Below, piece after piece: positions 48,983 through 57,874 of a stretch of DNA of 64,000 nucleotides. Source of the stretch: Candidatus Saccharimonadia bacterium (GTDB lineage: Bacteria > Patescibacteriota > Saccharimonadia > UBA4664); the NCBI GenBank assembly GCA_038251135.1, contig JBBSBR010000001.1, forward strand, positions 512 through 64,511, read 5' to 3'. Made by a program: the position numbers and the translations under genes. Under the pieces are notes generated by a model that did no database searches, was not told where the DNA came from, and worked only from the letters and a program-made list of their open reading frames with translations. The first letter of the stretch is position 1. The number at the start of each line of letters is the position of its first letter.

Positions 48983-50014
48983 TTATGCCTCCACGGCCTT
49001 AGTATTCTCTGAGAGCTTGGCTTCCGGCAGCCGGATCGTCACGGTCGTCCCCACATCCAGCGTACTCTCAATTGCAATGCTGCCGTTATGACGCTCGGCA
49101 ATGGCTTTGGCCAGCGACAAACCCAACCCGTAACCCTGACTTTTTTGCTTCGTCCGCGAGGTGTCGGCCTGATAGAAACGATCGAAAATATGAGGCAGAT
49201 CGTCGGCTGCAATACCGACGCCGTGGTCGCTCACAGCGAGAACGGCCGAACCGTCTTGCGAGGTTGTAGACAAATTAATCACCGAGGCGTCATGACTGTA
49301 CTTAATGGCATTGTCGATCAATATGGCCGCCAGCTCCACCAGACTGGCTCGGTCGCCGATAACCCTGGCGGGTTTGAGATCAGCGGTAATTTTGATACCG
49401 CGATGCCCCGCCGCCTTTTCCAGACGATCACGGGCACTTACGGCAACATCCTCCAGATTCACCTGGTCGAGTTCGAGCGAATTGTCATCTTCTTCATACT
49501 TGGCGAGCTGCAGCAAACCGGTTGAAAGTGACTCCAGCTTGGCAATCTCCTCAAGATTACTTTGCAGTTGGCCCTTCAGGGCACCGACTTCCGGCTTCTT
49601 ATCCCGCAGCATCACCTCGATCTCGGTCTTCATAGCCGTCAGGGGGGTGCGCAATTCGTGCGAGGCATCGGAGGCGAAACGGCGCTGAGCTTCATGCGCC
49701 GCTTCGATCGGCTCCAGGGTGCGCTTGGCCAAAAAGTAGCTGGCGACGCTACCGGCTCCGAGCAAAAAAGCGTCGAAGATGAGCAGATTCATGAGAATCC
49801 GGCGGGATCCCTGCTCCAAACTGTCCTGCATTAAGCCCAAAGAATATGTCGGGTCAAGGCGTTGATCCACTGCAAGCCGATGCGTTTCGCGCAGCAGGCT
49901 GTCGGTCAGCTCATTGGTCGCCACCCGGTAAAAAGCCACGCTAAATAGCACGCAGATTACACCGACCATCAGGACGTACCAAGCAGTCAGGCGTATAGTT
50001 GCCGAACGAAACAT
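48983..50014 (-). CDS. Two-component sensor histidine kinase (TM, HAMP, HisKA, HATPase).
   Basis: H-box SDASHELRTPLT. G-boxes DHGVGI and GYGLGLS. Confidence 0.8.
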   Translation of the reverse strand: MFRSATIRLTAWYVLMVGVICVLFSVAFYRVATNELTDSLLRETHRLAVDQRLDPTYSLGLMQDSLEQGSRRILMNLLIFDAFLLGAGSVASYFLAKRTLEPIEAAHEAQRRFASDASHELRTPLTAMKTEIEVMLRDKKPEVGALKGQLQSNLEEIAKLESLSTGLLQLAKYEEDDNSLELDQVNLEDVAVSARDRLEKAAGHRGIKITADLKPARVIGDRASLVELAAILIDNAIKYSHDASVINLSTTSQDGSAVLAVSDHGVGIAADDLPHIFDRFYQADTSRTKQKSQGYGLGLSLAKAIAERHNGSIAIESTLDVGTTVTIRLPEAKLSENTKAVEA

Positions 50015-50694
50015 TAAGCTTCCACACTCAATTTATAACCAAAGCCGCGCATGGTCTGAATGAGGTTGGGACCCTTGAAAGGACGGTCAATCTTGGTCCG
50101 TAAATAACCGATATAGACTTCCACCGTATTAGGCAGAACCTCGGCGGCGTCGTCCCAGACGTGCGTAATGATATTTTGCTTCGTCAGGGTCTGGTTCTGG
50201 TGGCGCATCATGTATTCGAGCAAGGCATACTCTTTCTGGGAGAGCGGAATCGTCTTGCCGGCGCGAGAAACCTGATAATTGACCGTGTCGAGCTGCAGAT
50301 CATCCAACTTCAGGATATTTCCCAAGCTTTCGGTCGGGCGGCGGAGCAACGCACGCAGGCGCGCCAACAGTTCGTCGAAGGCAAACGGCTTCGCCAAGTA
50401 GTCATCGGCGCCGTAGTTGAGACCCTGTACTTTGTCTTCGATCTGATCCTTGGCGGTCAACATTATGACCGGCGTCTGAACGCCCTCCCGCCTCATCTCG
50501 GAGACGATATCCAAACCTTCGATCATACCGGGGAGCATCCGATCAAGGATCACGATATCGTAATCGGGATCAAGCGCATGTGCCAAACCGTCATCGGCGT
50601 CATAGGCCACGTCGACAGCGTAAGACTCCTGTTCGAGTCCGCGTTTGAGAGCCTGGGCAATCTTAACTTCGTCTTCTACTACCAAGATTTTCAT
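50014..50694 (-). CDS. OmpR/PhoB-family response regulator.
   Basis: Receiver (KILVVEDE, LDRMLP) plus winged-helix (YIGYLRTKID). Confidence 0.85.
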   Translation of the reverse strand: MKILVVEDEVKIAQALKRGLEQESYAVDVAYDADDGLAHALDPDYDIVILDRMLPGMIEGLDIVSEMRREGVQTPVIMLTAKDQIEDKVQGLNYGADDYLAKPFAFDELLARLRALLRRPTESLGNILKLDDLQLDTVNYQVSRAGKTIPLSQKEYALLEYMMRHQNQTLTKQNIITHVWDDAAEVLPNTVEVYIGYLRTKIDRPFKGPNLIQTMRGFGYKLSVEA

Positions 50695-50744
50695 TGGATA
50701 TATTGTAACCTAAATCACTGAGGAGTTGCTGAGGGTGCCGCCCT

Positions 50745-51335
50745 CTAAAACCATTTTTCGATATGCTCAGGTAAATATTTTCTCAGTAAGCGCCGTTCAT
50801 GCCAGCGAAAAAATAGTATTCGATCAAGCCAATTGTCTCGACCCAGGGGCTGCACCAAAACGCTCGTCATACCGGCAGCATTGGCACCCCAGATGTCTTG
50901 CACCAGCTTATCCCCGATCATTGCCACTGCGCTTGGCCGGTCATGTATCGCCGCCAGAATATATCCGTAAAAACCGGGAAGCGGCTTAAACCGCCACAAT
51001 CGGGGCTGGGTAATATGCAGACCCAGCTCGTCCCTAAGCCACTTGAGGCGTCGGGGGCTGTTGGTGGCCAATCGAATGGAGGCAAAACCCCCGGCTGCCT
51101 GAAGGTTGATCATAAATTCCCGGATATCCGGATCAAGTCGATGCACGCCGAATGAAACGAGCGTATTATCGACGTCAAAGACCAAATGCCGGACTCCTTG
51201 AGCTCTCAACCGGTCATAATCAACCGACTTGATCCCGGGAGCAATAAAGTTCGGTACCTTACTGAAATGGTACCGTGAAGCCAAGTTTTGCGACGGTTTA
51301 TAGATTTCTTCCATACCGCTCAAGTATACACTCAA
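50745..51335 (-). CDS. HAD-superfamily phosphatase, YqeG-like (subfamily IIIA).
   Basis: DVDNTL motif I. GDK motif. Confidence 0.6.
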   Translation of the reverse strand: MSVYLSGMEEIYKPSQNLASRYHFSKVPNFIAPGIKSVDYDRLRAQGVRHLVFDVDNTLVSFGVHRLDPDIREFMINLQAAGGFASIRLATNSPRRLKWLRDELGLHITQPRLWRFKPLPGFYGYILAAIHDRPSAVAMIGDKLVQDIWGANAAGMTSVLVQPLGRDNWLDRILFFRWHERRLLRKYLPEHIEKWF

Positions 51336-51458
51336 GCCCGTCGGTCAACGAAACAACGCATGCGCTTAGCCTGGTTGAACCTGGATGCCCGCAAGGAACC
51401 GCCATCCTGAATACCGCCGCAAACTGCCCCTCCGATTGTAAGATGCCTAGTTACCCAT

Positions 51459-51704
51459 TTATTTCTCGCTCCTCGAACTTAAAACGGCCCGCTTCTCTTC
51501 GAACTCCTTGGAGTCAATTTCTCCCTTGGCAAAGCGTTCTTCGAGTATTTCCATTGCTTTTGGAGTTGCCGTCGACGACCGGTTGGCGCCGAGCAGGTAT
51601 CGAACCAAGAACACGATTCCCACTATCAGCAATGCCCAAAAGGCCAGCATCACAATCCAGCCCGGTCCGCCGGTCTGCATCATTTCATATCCGTGATCGT
51701 ACAT
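51459..51704 (-). CDS. SHOCT-domain small membrane protein.
   Basis: TM helix then ILEERFAKGEIDSKEFEEK SHOCT motif. Confidence 0.6.
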   Translation of the reverse strand: MYDHGYEMMQTGGPGWIVMLAFWALLIVGIVFLVRYLLGANRSSTATPKAMEILEERFAKGEIDSKEFEEKRAVLSSRSEK

Positions 51705-51818
51705 TGTCGCCTCAATAGTTACGTGTGATGTTATACTATCAGTCCCACCTGAGAAACGACTGTGGAACGCGAAAATCCATCAATCGCCCGATAGCATCCG
51801 ACGCGCGTATGCTCGCCG

Positions 51819-52217
51819 CTACTCCTGAATGGGCACCGTCGGGTGAACCGTTAGAGCGTAAATGATAAATATGTCGATAGTAATCACAATTACCGACCAG
51901 ACTGGTGATACCGGCAGGAAGACCAGGTTGGCAAAGGCACTAACCATCGCCAGCATGATCGCGATCACCCGGCCGAACATGCCGCCGCCCAGCAGTGAAA
52001 GGCCGGCCAGCAGGAGCAACAGACCGACGATCAGGTGGATCCAGCCCCATGTCGTGACGTTTACGATCAACAACGCATTGGGCACCACCACGTAATAATT
52101 GGTGTTAAATAACGCAACGATACCGAAGAACGCCTGGAAGACGCCTGCGAGTACCATGAGGAAGCCGGCGAAGACGCCCCAACCGCTTAGTTGCTCGCCA
52201 GATTTTAACTCTGCCAT
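51819..52217 (-). CDS. Hypothetical four-helix membrane protein.
   Basis: Four predicted TM helices. Confidence 0.45.
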   Translation of the reverse strand: MAELKSGEQLSGWGVFAGFLMVLAGVFQAFFGIVALFNTNYYVVVPNALLIVNVTTWGWIHLIVGLLLLLAGLSLLGGGMFGRVIAIMLAMVSAFANLVFLPVSPVWSVIVITIDIFIIYALTVHPTVPIQE

Positions 52218-52309
52218 AATGAACTCCTTACTTACGAACGTTACTTAGTAATTGCGCCACCAGTATATTCTCAGGTAACTCTCAGTTCAAGATACATTTA
52301 TACAGGGAC

Positions 52310-52352
52310 AAAAAAAAACAGCCTCGCCGACAAGATGCCGGCGAGGCTGACA
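52310..52352 (-). terminator. Rho-independent terminator downstream of the DUF1653 gene.
   Basis: Minus strand cagcctcgccg-gcatcttgt-cggcgaggctg followed by T9. Confidence 0.8.
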
Positions 52353-52361
52353 GGCGTAAAC

Positions 52362-52643
52362 CTATACGGAGTATTTGGGAATTTCGGTACCCACAAAGGT
52401 AAATCTGCGCATTGGCACGCCATTGTGTTCCACCATGTCGACGAAGCGCGTGAGCGGACGAAACGCCATACGAACACCGCCTGCCGGATAGAGAGGCACA
52501 TAGATGACACCGATCTCTTCGGTTTCGGTGTGGCGCGCAATACCGATCACCTGGTAATACCGCTCTTCGGTTTCGGTATGCTTGTAGTGGCGGTAGATCC
52601 CAATACGTACCGGGTCGTTCCCAGCGCGAACTGCCGAGACCAT
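52362..52643 (-). CDS. DUF1653-family protein.
   Basis: YRHYKHTETEERYYQVIGIARHTETEE...VIYVPLY matches the DUF1653 pattern. Confidence 0.6.
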   Translation of the reverse strand: MVSAVRAGNDPVRIGIYRHYKHTETEERYYQVIGIARHTETEEIGVIYVPLYPAGGVRMAFRPLTRFVDMVEHNGVPMRRFTFVGTEIPKYSV

Positions 52644-52790
52644 GGTTCACCCTCTAGTGTCCTGAGTCGGATAAAGGTACGCTTGTTGCTTTGACAGGGG
52701 CTTGAATCAAGTAATCTTCATACTACAATCAACCCGGACCACCGCCAAGCATAAGAGTTCCGGGAATACTGCCGGGATGATGAACGCCTG

Positions 52791-53288
52791 CTAATCATGA
52801 TCCGTTCCGCCTTGAATTAAATGCGGTGCAACGAAACGATGGTAGCCAAGATACAGAACTATCACCAAGCCGATGGTCACACCTACAAACGAATACATGC
52901 TGTTCCCGGAGGCGAAACCCCGGCCGAGACTGTACAGCAGGACGAAAGAACCGCCGAGCAGGACTCCGTCGGCCAGTAATTTAATTCGTTTTTCATAGAC
53001 TAAACTGATCGCCAGCAATATGACCGACGCTATCAGGGCAATGATCGAGACGTTGCGGTTATATGGCTTCAGCTCATTCATATACTTTTCCATCTTGACG
53101 TCATACACGCGCTGCACTGCGAGCTGGGCATCGGTCGGCTCTTTGCCCAAGGTGTTGAGCTCAATCGGGTACTGCGGAGCCTGGGGTCCGGGATAGAACG
53201 TATTTATGCCGATTCCGACAAACAGGGCGACTAAAAGACCGAGAAAGAAAGTATATACGAGCTGCAAGATTTTGGTGCTTTCGGTCAT
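52791..53288 (-). CDS. Hypothetical membrane protein.
   Basis: Three or four predicted helices. Confidence 0.4.
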   Translation of the reverse strand: MTESTKILQLVYTFFLGLLVALFVGIGINTFYPGPQAPQYPIELNTLGKEPTDAQLAVQRVYDVKMEKYMNELKPYNRNVSIIALIASVILLAISLVYEKRIKLLADGVLLGGSFVLLYSLGRGFASGNSMYSFVGVTIGLVIVLYLGYHRFVAPHLIQGGTDHD

Positions 53289-53413
53289 GATCGTCGCCCC
53301 CGTTCAGTTTCTGATTTGCTAAACAGTCCGAATTATCTTTTACGGGCTTACGATAGACCAATAATGCACCTTGCTGTAAGGTGCATTATGCCGAAAGTTA
53401 TTTCGAGGACTAA

Positions 53414-53965
53414 CTAGCGCTTTGAGTTCTTGAGCTTGCCTGCGTGCATAAAGCCAAGCGCCGAGAGTACGAGGAGCAGTAGTCCGCCGACCAGCGAAAC
53501 ATAGGCTGCGTACATGGCAATTACCGCCATGGTGTCGAACGCATAGGCGTTCAGGAGCAGGCCGCGCAGCGTCTCGCCGCGGAATACCGTCTGCACCTGT
53601 CCGGCCAACTTCTGGTCGGCGGGACTGGCGAGGGATTTACTGCTCAACTCGGAGTAGGTCAGTCCGCCCCCAATCGCTTTGATATGTACGGCGATATAAT
53701 GATCGGCGAACACTTCGGCTTGGGCTCCTGTCAGGACCTCTTGCCCGGCGTACAGGCTAACCGCCGCCTTGTCGTCGGCCGGAAGCCCTGCCAGCGATGT
53801 ACTGTCCGCTGCCGGGAAAACAATTTTTTCGGCAGCCAGCTGGTCGTGGACTTGCGTATGGACAAAGTTATGAGCCCAAAACAAGCCGACTGAGGCTGCC
53901 AGTAATAAGACGCTGACGAGCAAACCGGCCGAGGACAGTAACATATCTAATGTTTTTCGGTTCAT
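53414..53965 (-). CDS. Hypothetical membrane protein with N- and C-terminal helices.
   Basis: Two predicted helices flanking a soluble domain. Confidence 0.4.
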   Translation of the reverse strand: MNRKTLDMLLSSAGLLVSVLLLAASVGLFWAHNFVHTQVHDQLAAEKIVFPAADSTSLAGLPADDKAAVSLYAGQEVLTGAQAEVFADHYIAVHIKAIGGGLTYSELSSKSLASPADQKLAGQVQTVFRGETLRGLLLNAYAFDTMAVIAMYAAYVSLVGGLLLLVLSALGFMHAGKLKNSKR

Positions 53966-54164
53966 GATTTTCCCTGCCTAATTCAATGCATTATCCACAT
54001 CATAATAACACTTATGCTTAAAAAGCATTGTGATCGGCGTCACAGACAAATACAACCATTGCCACCGCAAATCAAATGCCCCAAGCGTGGGTCCAAACAT
54101 ACCCGCTCCCGCATTACGGAGGCCGACGAGCCGGCCGACCCGGGCAATTAAGCTGCGGATAAGC

Positions 54165-55856
54165 CTATTTAACGCGGCTGACCCGGGCAAGAGCCAAAGC
54201 GATTCGCGCGAGTCGGGTGGGCACCCCTTCGTATACGACGTAACGCGGCTGCCATTGGGGCTCAAACTTGGTCTTGAATTGGCGCAACCCCCGAAACGAC
54301 AAAAACGGTTGGTTGATTCGGTAAATCAAATGCAGTAGTTTTTCTTCGAACCGAGTCTCCCCCTCGCCCAACCCCGAGAGCGGCGCCAAGCCCAGATTAA
54401 AAGTTGCCACGCCGCGATCATTCAGGTCGATCAACAGCTTCAGAAAAAGAAAATCCATCAGGTTGCTGGGCGAGTCGGGAACGTAGCGCATCAGATCGAT
54501 ACTGGTCTCGCCGGACGCCGACGCCGGTATCTCGTTGGTGAAGGCCCGTGCCCGACCGGCTTCATCCCGCAGCACGAACAACCGACACTGCTGCATATAC
54601 GCAGTATTAAACGAACCCGCCAAAAAGCCCCATTCCCGCCGGCCGGCATCCCGCCTCCAAGCCCGCGAAATTTCCGTGATCTCGCGCAGCAAGGTTGCGC
54701 TATGCGGCGGAGCATACCAATCGGTGTTATAGCCGGCTTTCGTAAACCGGTTGTTGATGTTGCGAAAATGCTTGTCGTTTGACGTTTTCCCAGCAAAGTT
54801 TGGTACGTCAATGACGGCGTCTTCCCCTATCTTGATGACGCTTAAACCTATCGACTCATAAGCCGGCAAATAATTGTCCGTGGTATAGATAAAGTTAGTT
54901 GTCCAGCCGTGAGTTTGGCAAAACTGCTTAAATTCGCGGAGCAGATCAGGAATAACCGCATCCCGACCCACCGGGTCGCCTAGGCAGAGGGCGATACCCG
55001 ACTCCACGGCATAGGCTATAACTGCCTGGTAACTCGTATCAAAATAATAGGATTTATCACGCGGCCACAGCTTAAAAAAGTCTTCGCTCGTTCGGCTGTA
55101 ATCCGCGATCAGATCCTGCGCCAATTGGCGATCATGAGGCAACGTGCGGTAGCGGTAATCCAGCGGGCGAAACAGACTGTACAGGCCGTACCCGAGCGAG
55201 GCGGCGCCCAGAAAAAATAACGAATCCAGAAACCAGCGTGCCTGATGGGTGTACGGCAGCAGATCAGGGTTGCCGATCAATAGATACGCGTTGATGGTTC
55301 GCTGAAAGGCCTCCCCTAGCGATAATGACACCCCGAAATTTCGTTCACCCATAAAGTAAAACCCGGCCACGCCGTAACCCAGCGTCAACAAAACGCTTAA
55401 ACCCAAGACCAACAAACCCTGCTTGATACTGCGCGATTCGCTTCTCGCGTTGAAATACGGCCGGCATAGCAGAAGTACGATTCCGGCCAACAACGGCCCG
55501 ATCGCGGTAATGTCGGTCGTCGGTCTGAGCAGGCTCACGGCGACCAACAACCAGGCTATAACGGTAGCAATCCACCAAGCCACCAACTTGCGCTGCCATA
55601 ACTGAATCGATACGTACATCAAGACGAAGCCGAGGAACAGGTCGAGCGAACGGGCAAAATCTTCAAAACCAACCGGTGTAATGATGGTTTCGATCCGCTC
55701 TGGCATGCGATGCGCCAACGGGATCATGATCGCCAGCAAGCCGTTCAAAAACACAATTCCCGCGACTAGTTTAACGGTCCACGATTGCAATGCGGCGCGC
55801 GTCATGACGAGCCTTCGGGGCGGGTAAGCCTGATGATGGCCCGGCTCGCCGTCCAC
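54165..55856 (-). CDS. MprF-like aminoacyl-phosphatidylglycerol synthase (polytopic N-domain plus DUF2156/LPG_synthase_C).
   Basis: C-terminal domain with IDLMRY...FNLGLAPLSG and YYFDTSYQAVIAYA motifs typical of DUF2156. Confidence 0.6.
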   Translation of the reverse strand: MDGEPGHHQAYPPRRLVMTRAALQSWTVKLVAGIVFLNGLLAIMIPLAHRMPERIETIITPVGFEDFARSLDLFLGFVLMYVSIQLWQRKLVAWWIATVIAWLLVAVSLLRPTTDITAIGPLLAGIVLLLCRPYFNARSESRSIKQGLLVLGLSVLLTLGYGVAGFYFMGERNFGVSLSLGEAFQRTINAYLLIGNPDLLPYTHQARWFLDSLFFLGAASLGYGLYSLFRPLDYRYRTLPHDRQLAQDLIADYSRTSEDFFKLWPRDKSYYFDTSYQAVIAYAVESGIALCLGDPVGRDAVIPDLLREFKQFCQTHGWTTNFIYTTDNYLPAYESIGLSVIKIGEDAVIDVPNFAGKTSNDKHFRNINNRFTKAGYNTDWYAPPHSATLLREITEISRAWRRDAGRREWGFLAGSFNTAYMQQCRLFVLRDEAGRARAFTNEIPASASGETSIDLMRYVPDSPSNLMDFLFLKLLIDLNDRGVATFNLGLAPLSGLGEGETRFEEKLLHLIYRINQPFLSFRGLRQFKTKFEPQWQPRYVVYEGVPTRLARIALALARVSRVK

Positions 55857-56227
55857 AGCGAGACGGCAGCCAGCGGCAGCTCGATTCCGACGGCCAACAG
55901 CGCCGACAGGCTCAATTGCGTACCGGGGTGGGCCGACAGCACGTCAAACCAGGCGTCCACCACCAATAACGTACTCAAGGCCGTAGCCGATAGGATCAAC
56001 CACCGGGAGTGCCGGTAGACCAGGTAGGCCGTGGTCGCCAGCGCCACGAACAAAATCATGTCGAAGCCCACCCATGCCAGATCCCAATGCCGGAAGACGT
56101 GACGCGTCGGCAGCGTATACGAAAGGATGAGAATCCACGGAATCAGAGCCACCGTCAAAACGGTATAAATAATCACCAGCCAGCGTGGCAGCCAGCGCTC
56201 CGGCAGGACTGGATTAGGTATAGCCAT
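55802..56227 (-). CDS. Hypothetical four-helix membrane protein. Its 3' end overlaps the MprF-like start.
   Basis: Four hydrophobic helices. Confidence 0.4.
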   Translation of the reverse strand: MAIPNPVLPERWLPRWLVIIYTVLTVALIPWILILSYTLPTRHVFRHWDLAWVGFDMILFVALATTAYLVYRHSRWLILSATALSTLLVVDAWFDVLSAHPGTQLSLSALLAVGIELPLAAVSLWTASRAIIRLTRPEGSS

Positions 56228-56334
56228 AACCCAATCATAGCATTTATAGTCACCGGGCTCCCCAGGGGAGACGGACTCGGCTTTTTTTATGGTGTAATAG
56301 GGTTATTTGGGTGTCAGGAAGTACTATCTATGCT

Positions 56335-56359
56335 ATTAATGTAAACTGTTTACATTAAT
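56335..56359. promoter_or_regulatory. Perfect 12-1-12 palindrome ATTAATGTAAAC-T-GTTTACATTAAT. Candidate autoregulatory operator for the Fur-family regulator.
   Basis: Read directly from the sequence, about 45 bp upstream of the regulator start. Confidence 0.6.
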
Positions 56360-56403
56360 AGCAATATTACCTATACTTAAATACATCAGATAAGTAAGGT
56401 CAG

Positions 56404-56805
56404 ATGATGCAACCAACCACAGTCCACCAGCGGCAGACCAAGTATTGCGATGCCATTGAGCATACGCTCAATACCCTCGGACATGCGACAAATGCCGAGT
56501 TACTGCAGAGTCTGCGCGCAACATTTCCCGATGTCAGCGCTACGACGGTCCACCGCGCTACCGCCCGTCTGGCGGATCGTGGCGCGATCGGGTTTGCCCC
56601 GCCCTCACCGGACGGGTCTATGCGCTACGACGGCAACATTGCTGCTCATGATCACTTTATGTGCAGTGAATGCGGCATGATCAGAGACGCGGATGTCGTC
56701 GGTAAGGTAATTCCAATCCTGGAAAGCTCAATCGGCGGCTGCAATATATCCGGCCGGCTGTCGATCAGCGGCATATGTAATAAATGTAAGGAGAGCAAAT
56801 CATGA
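56404..56805 (+). CDS. Fur-family (Fur/PerR/Zur-like) metalloregulator.
   Basis: Winged-helix N-domain (ATTVHRATARLADRGAI). HDHFMCSECG and C-terminal CNKC metal sites. Confidence 0.75.
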   Translation: MMQPTTVHQRQTKYCDAIEHTLNTLGHATNAELLQSLRATFPDVSATTVHRATARLADRGAIGFAPPSPDGSMRYDGNIAAHDHFMCSECGMIRDADVVGKVIPILESSIGGCNISGRLSISGICNKCKESKS

Positions 56806-57188
56806 AATTAATCGGCGCAATCATAGCGGTCTTTGTCGTCCTAGGGGGTATCTTCATGCTCTCCCAAAACAACAGCAACCCCGCCGAAGCGGCAACCTTC
56901 CAGAAGGTTCAGGCAGACATCGCCAGCGGCGGACAGTTGCTGGATGTGAGGACGCCCGCCGAATACAATGGCGGCCACATCGACGGCGCCATAAACCTGT
57001 CGCTGCAGGACATACAGGCCGGCACGATGCCGACCTTGGCCAAGGACAAGCCGGTTTACGTCTACTGTCACAGCGGCAGCCGGTCCAGCCAGGCAGCCAC
57101 CGCACTCAAGGCGGCCGGATACCAGAACATCATTGATCTGGGGCCGATGACCCACGTTGAGGCCATTGGTGGAAATATCAAATCGTAA
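56802..57188 (+). CDS. Secreted or membrane-anchored single-domain rhodanese (sulfurtransferase).
   Basis: N-terminal TM helix. Active-site loop VYCHSGSRS. Confidence 0.8.
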   Translation: MKLIGAIIAVFVVLGGIFMLSQNNSNPAEAATFQKVQADIASGGQLLDVRTPAEYNGGHIDGAINLSLQDIQAGTMPTLAKDKPVYVYCHSGSRSSQAATALKAAGYQNIIDLGPMTHVEAIGGNIKS

Positions 57189-57205
57189 CTGATTAAGGAG
57201 ACCTA

Positions 57206-57466
57206 ATGAAAATCACTATCTACAGCACCAAGACCTGCCCGTACTGCACCATGCTCAAACGTTGGTTGGATGACAAGCAAGTACCATACACCAACTTCAA
57301 TGTGGAAGACGACCAAACCGCCGCTCGAACCATGATGAACCTCAGCGGCCAGATGGGCGTACCGTTCAGCACTATCGAATTCGACGATGGTCGAATGGCC
57401 AAGATCCTCGGCTTCGACGTGCCGCGCTTTGAAGCAGCCCTGTCTGCGGTTAAGACGAGCGCCTAA
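57206..57466 (+). CDS. Glutaredoxin-like protein (NrdH/YruB-type).
   Basis: CPYC redox motif in KITIYSTKTCPYCTMLK. Confidence 0.75.
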   Translation: MKITIYSTKTCPYCTMLKRWLDDKQVPYTNFNVEDDQTAARTMMNLSGQMGVPFSTIEFDDGRMAKILGFDVPRFEAALSAVKTSA

Positions 57467-57496
57467 TAAACTATTTTCCGACGAAAGGTAAACACC

Positions 57497-57718
57497 ATGC
57501 AGTTTGCAAAATTTATGGCTAGCGTTTGGGGTCGGACGCTGCGGATCGTTGCCGGGGTCGTAATAGTTTATCTCGGGCTGTACGCGGTACGCGGCAGCGG
57601 CGGCAGCATTCTGGCATTTATCGGCCTAATACCGTTAGCTGCCGGCGTCCTTGATGTCTGCCTCCTGGCTCCCCTCTTTGGCGCGCCGTTGTCGGGCAAA
57701 GACGTCCGTAATTCCTAG
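57497..57718 (+). CDS. DUF2892 (YgaP-like) small membrane protein.
   Basis: Two helices and a WGRTLRIVAG pattern typical of DUF2892. Confidence 0.55.
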   Translation: MQFAKFMASVWGRTLRIVAGVVIVYLGLYAVRGSGGSILAFIGLIPLAAGVLDVCLLAPLFGAPLSGKDVRNS

Positions 57719-57874
57719 GGTCAGGTAACCAGTCTCACTGGGGAGTCGACCGGGTTAGATTGTCGCGGTGTCGCATTAGGTGCGCCCCGCTCCTCCGCGC
57801 TGGCTGTCGGCTCAGGCCGTATTTACACCCATCCTCGACAGTAGTGCTAGTATATAAACATAGAGGGAATAATC

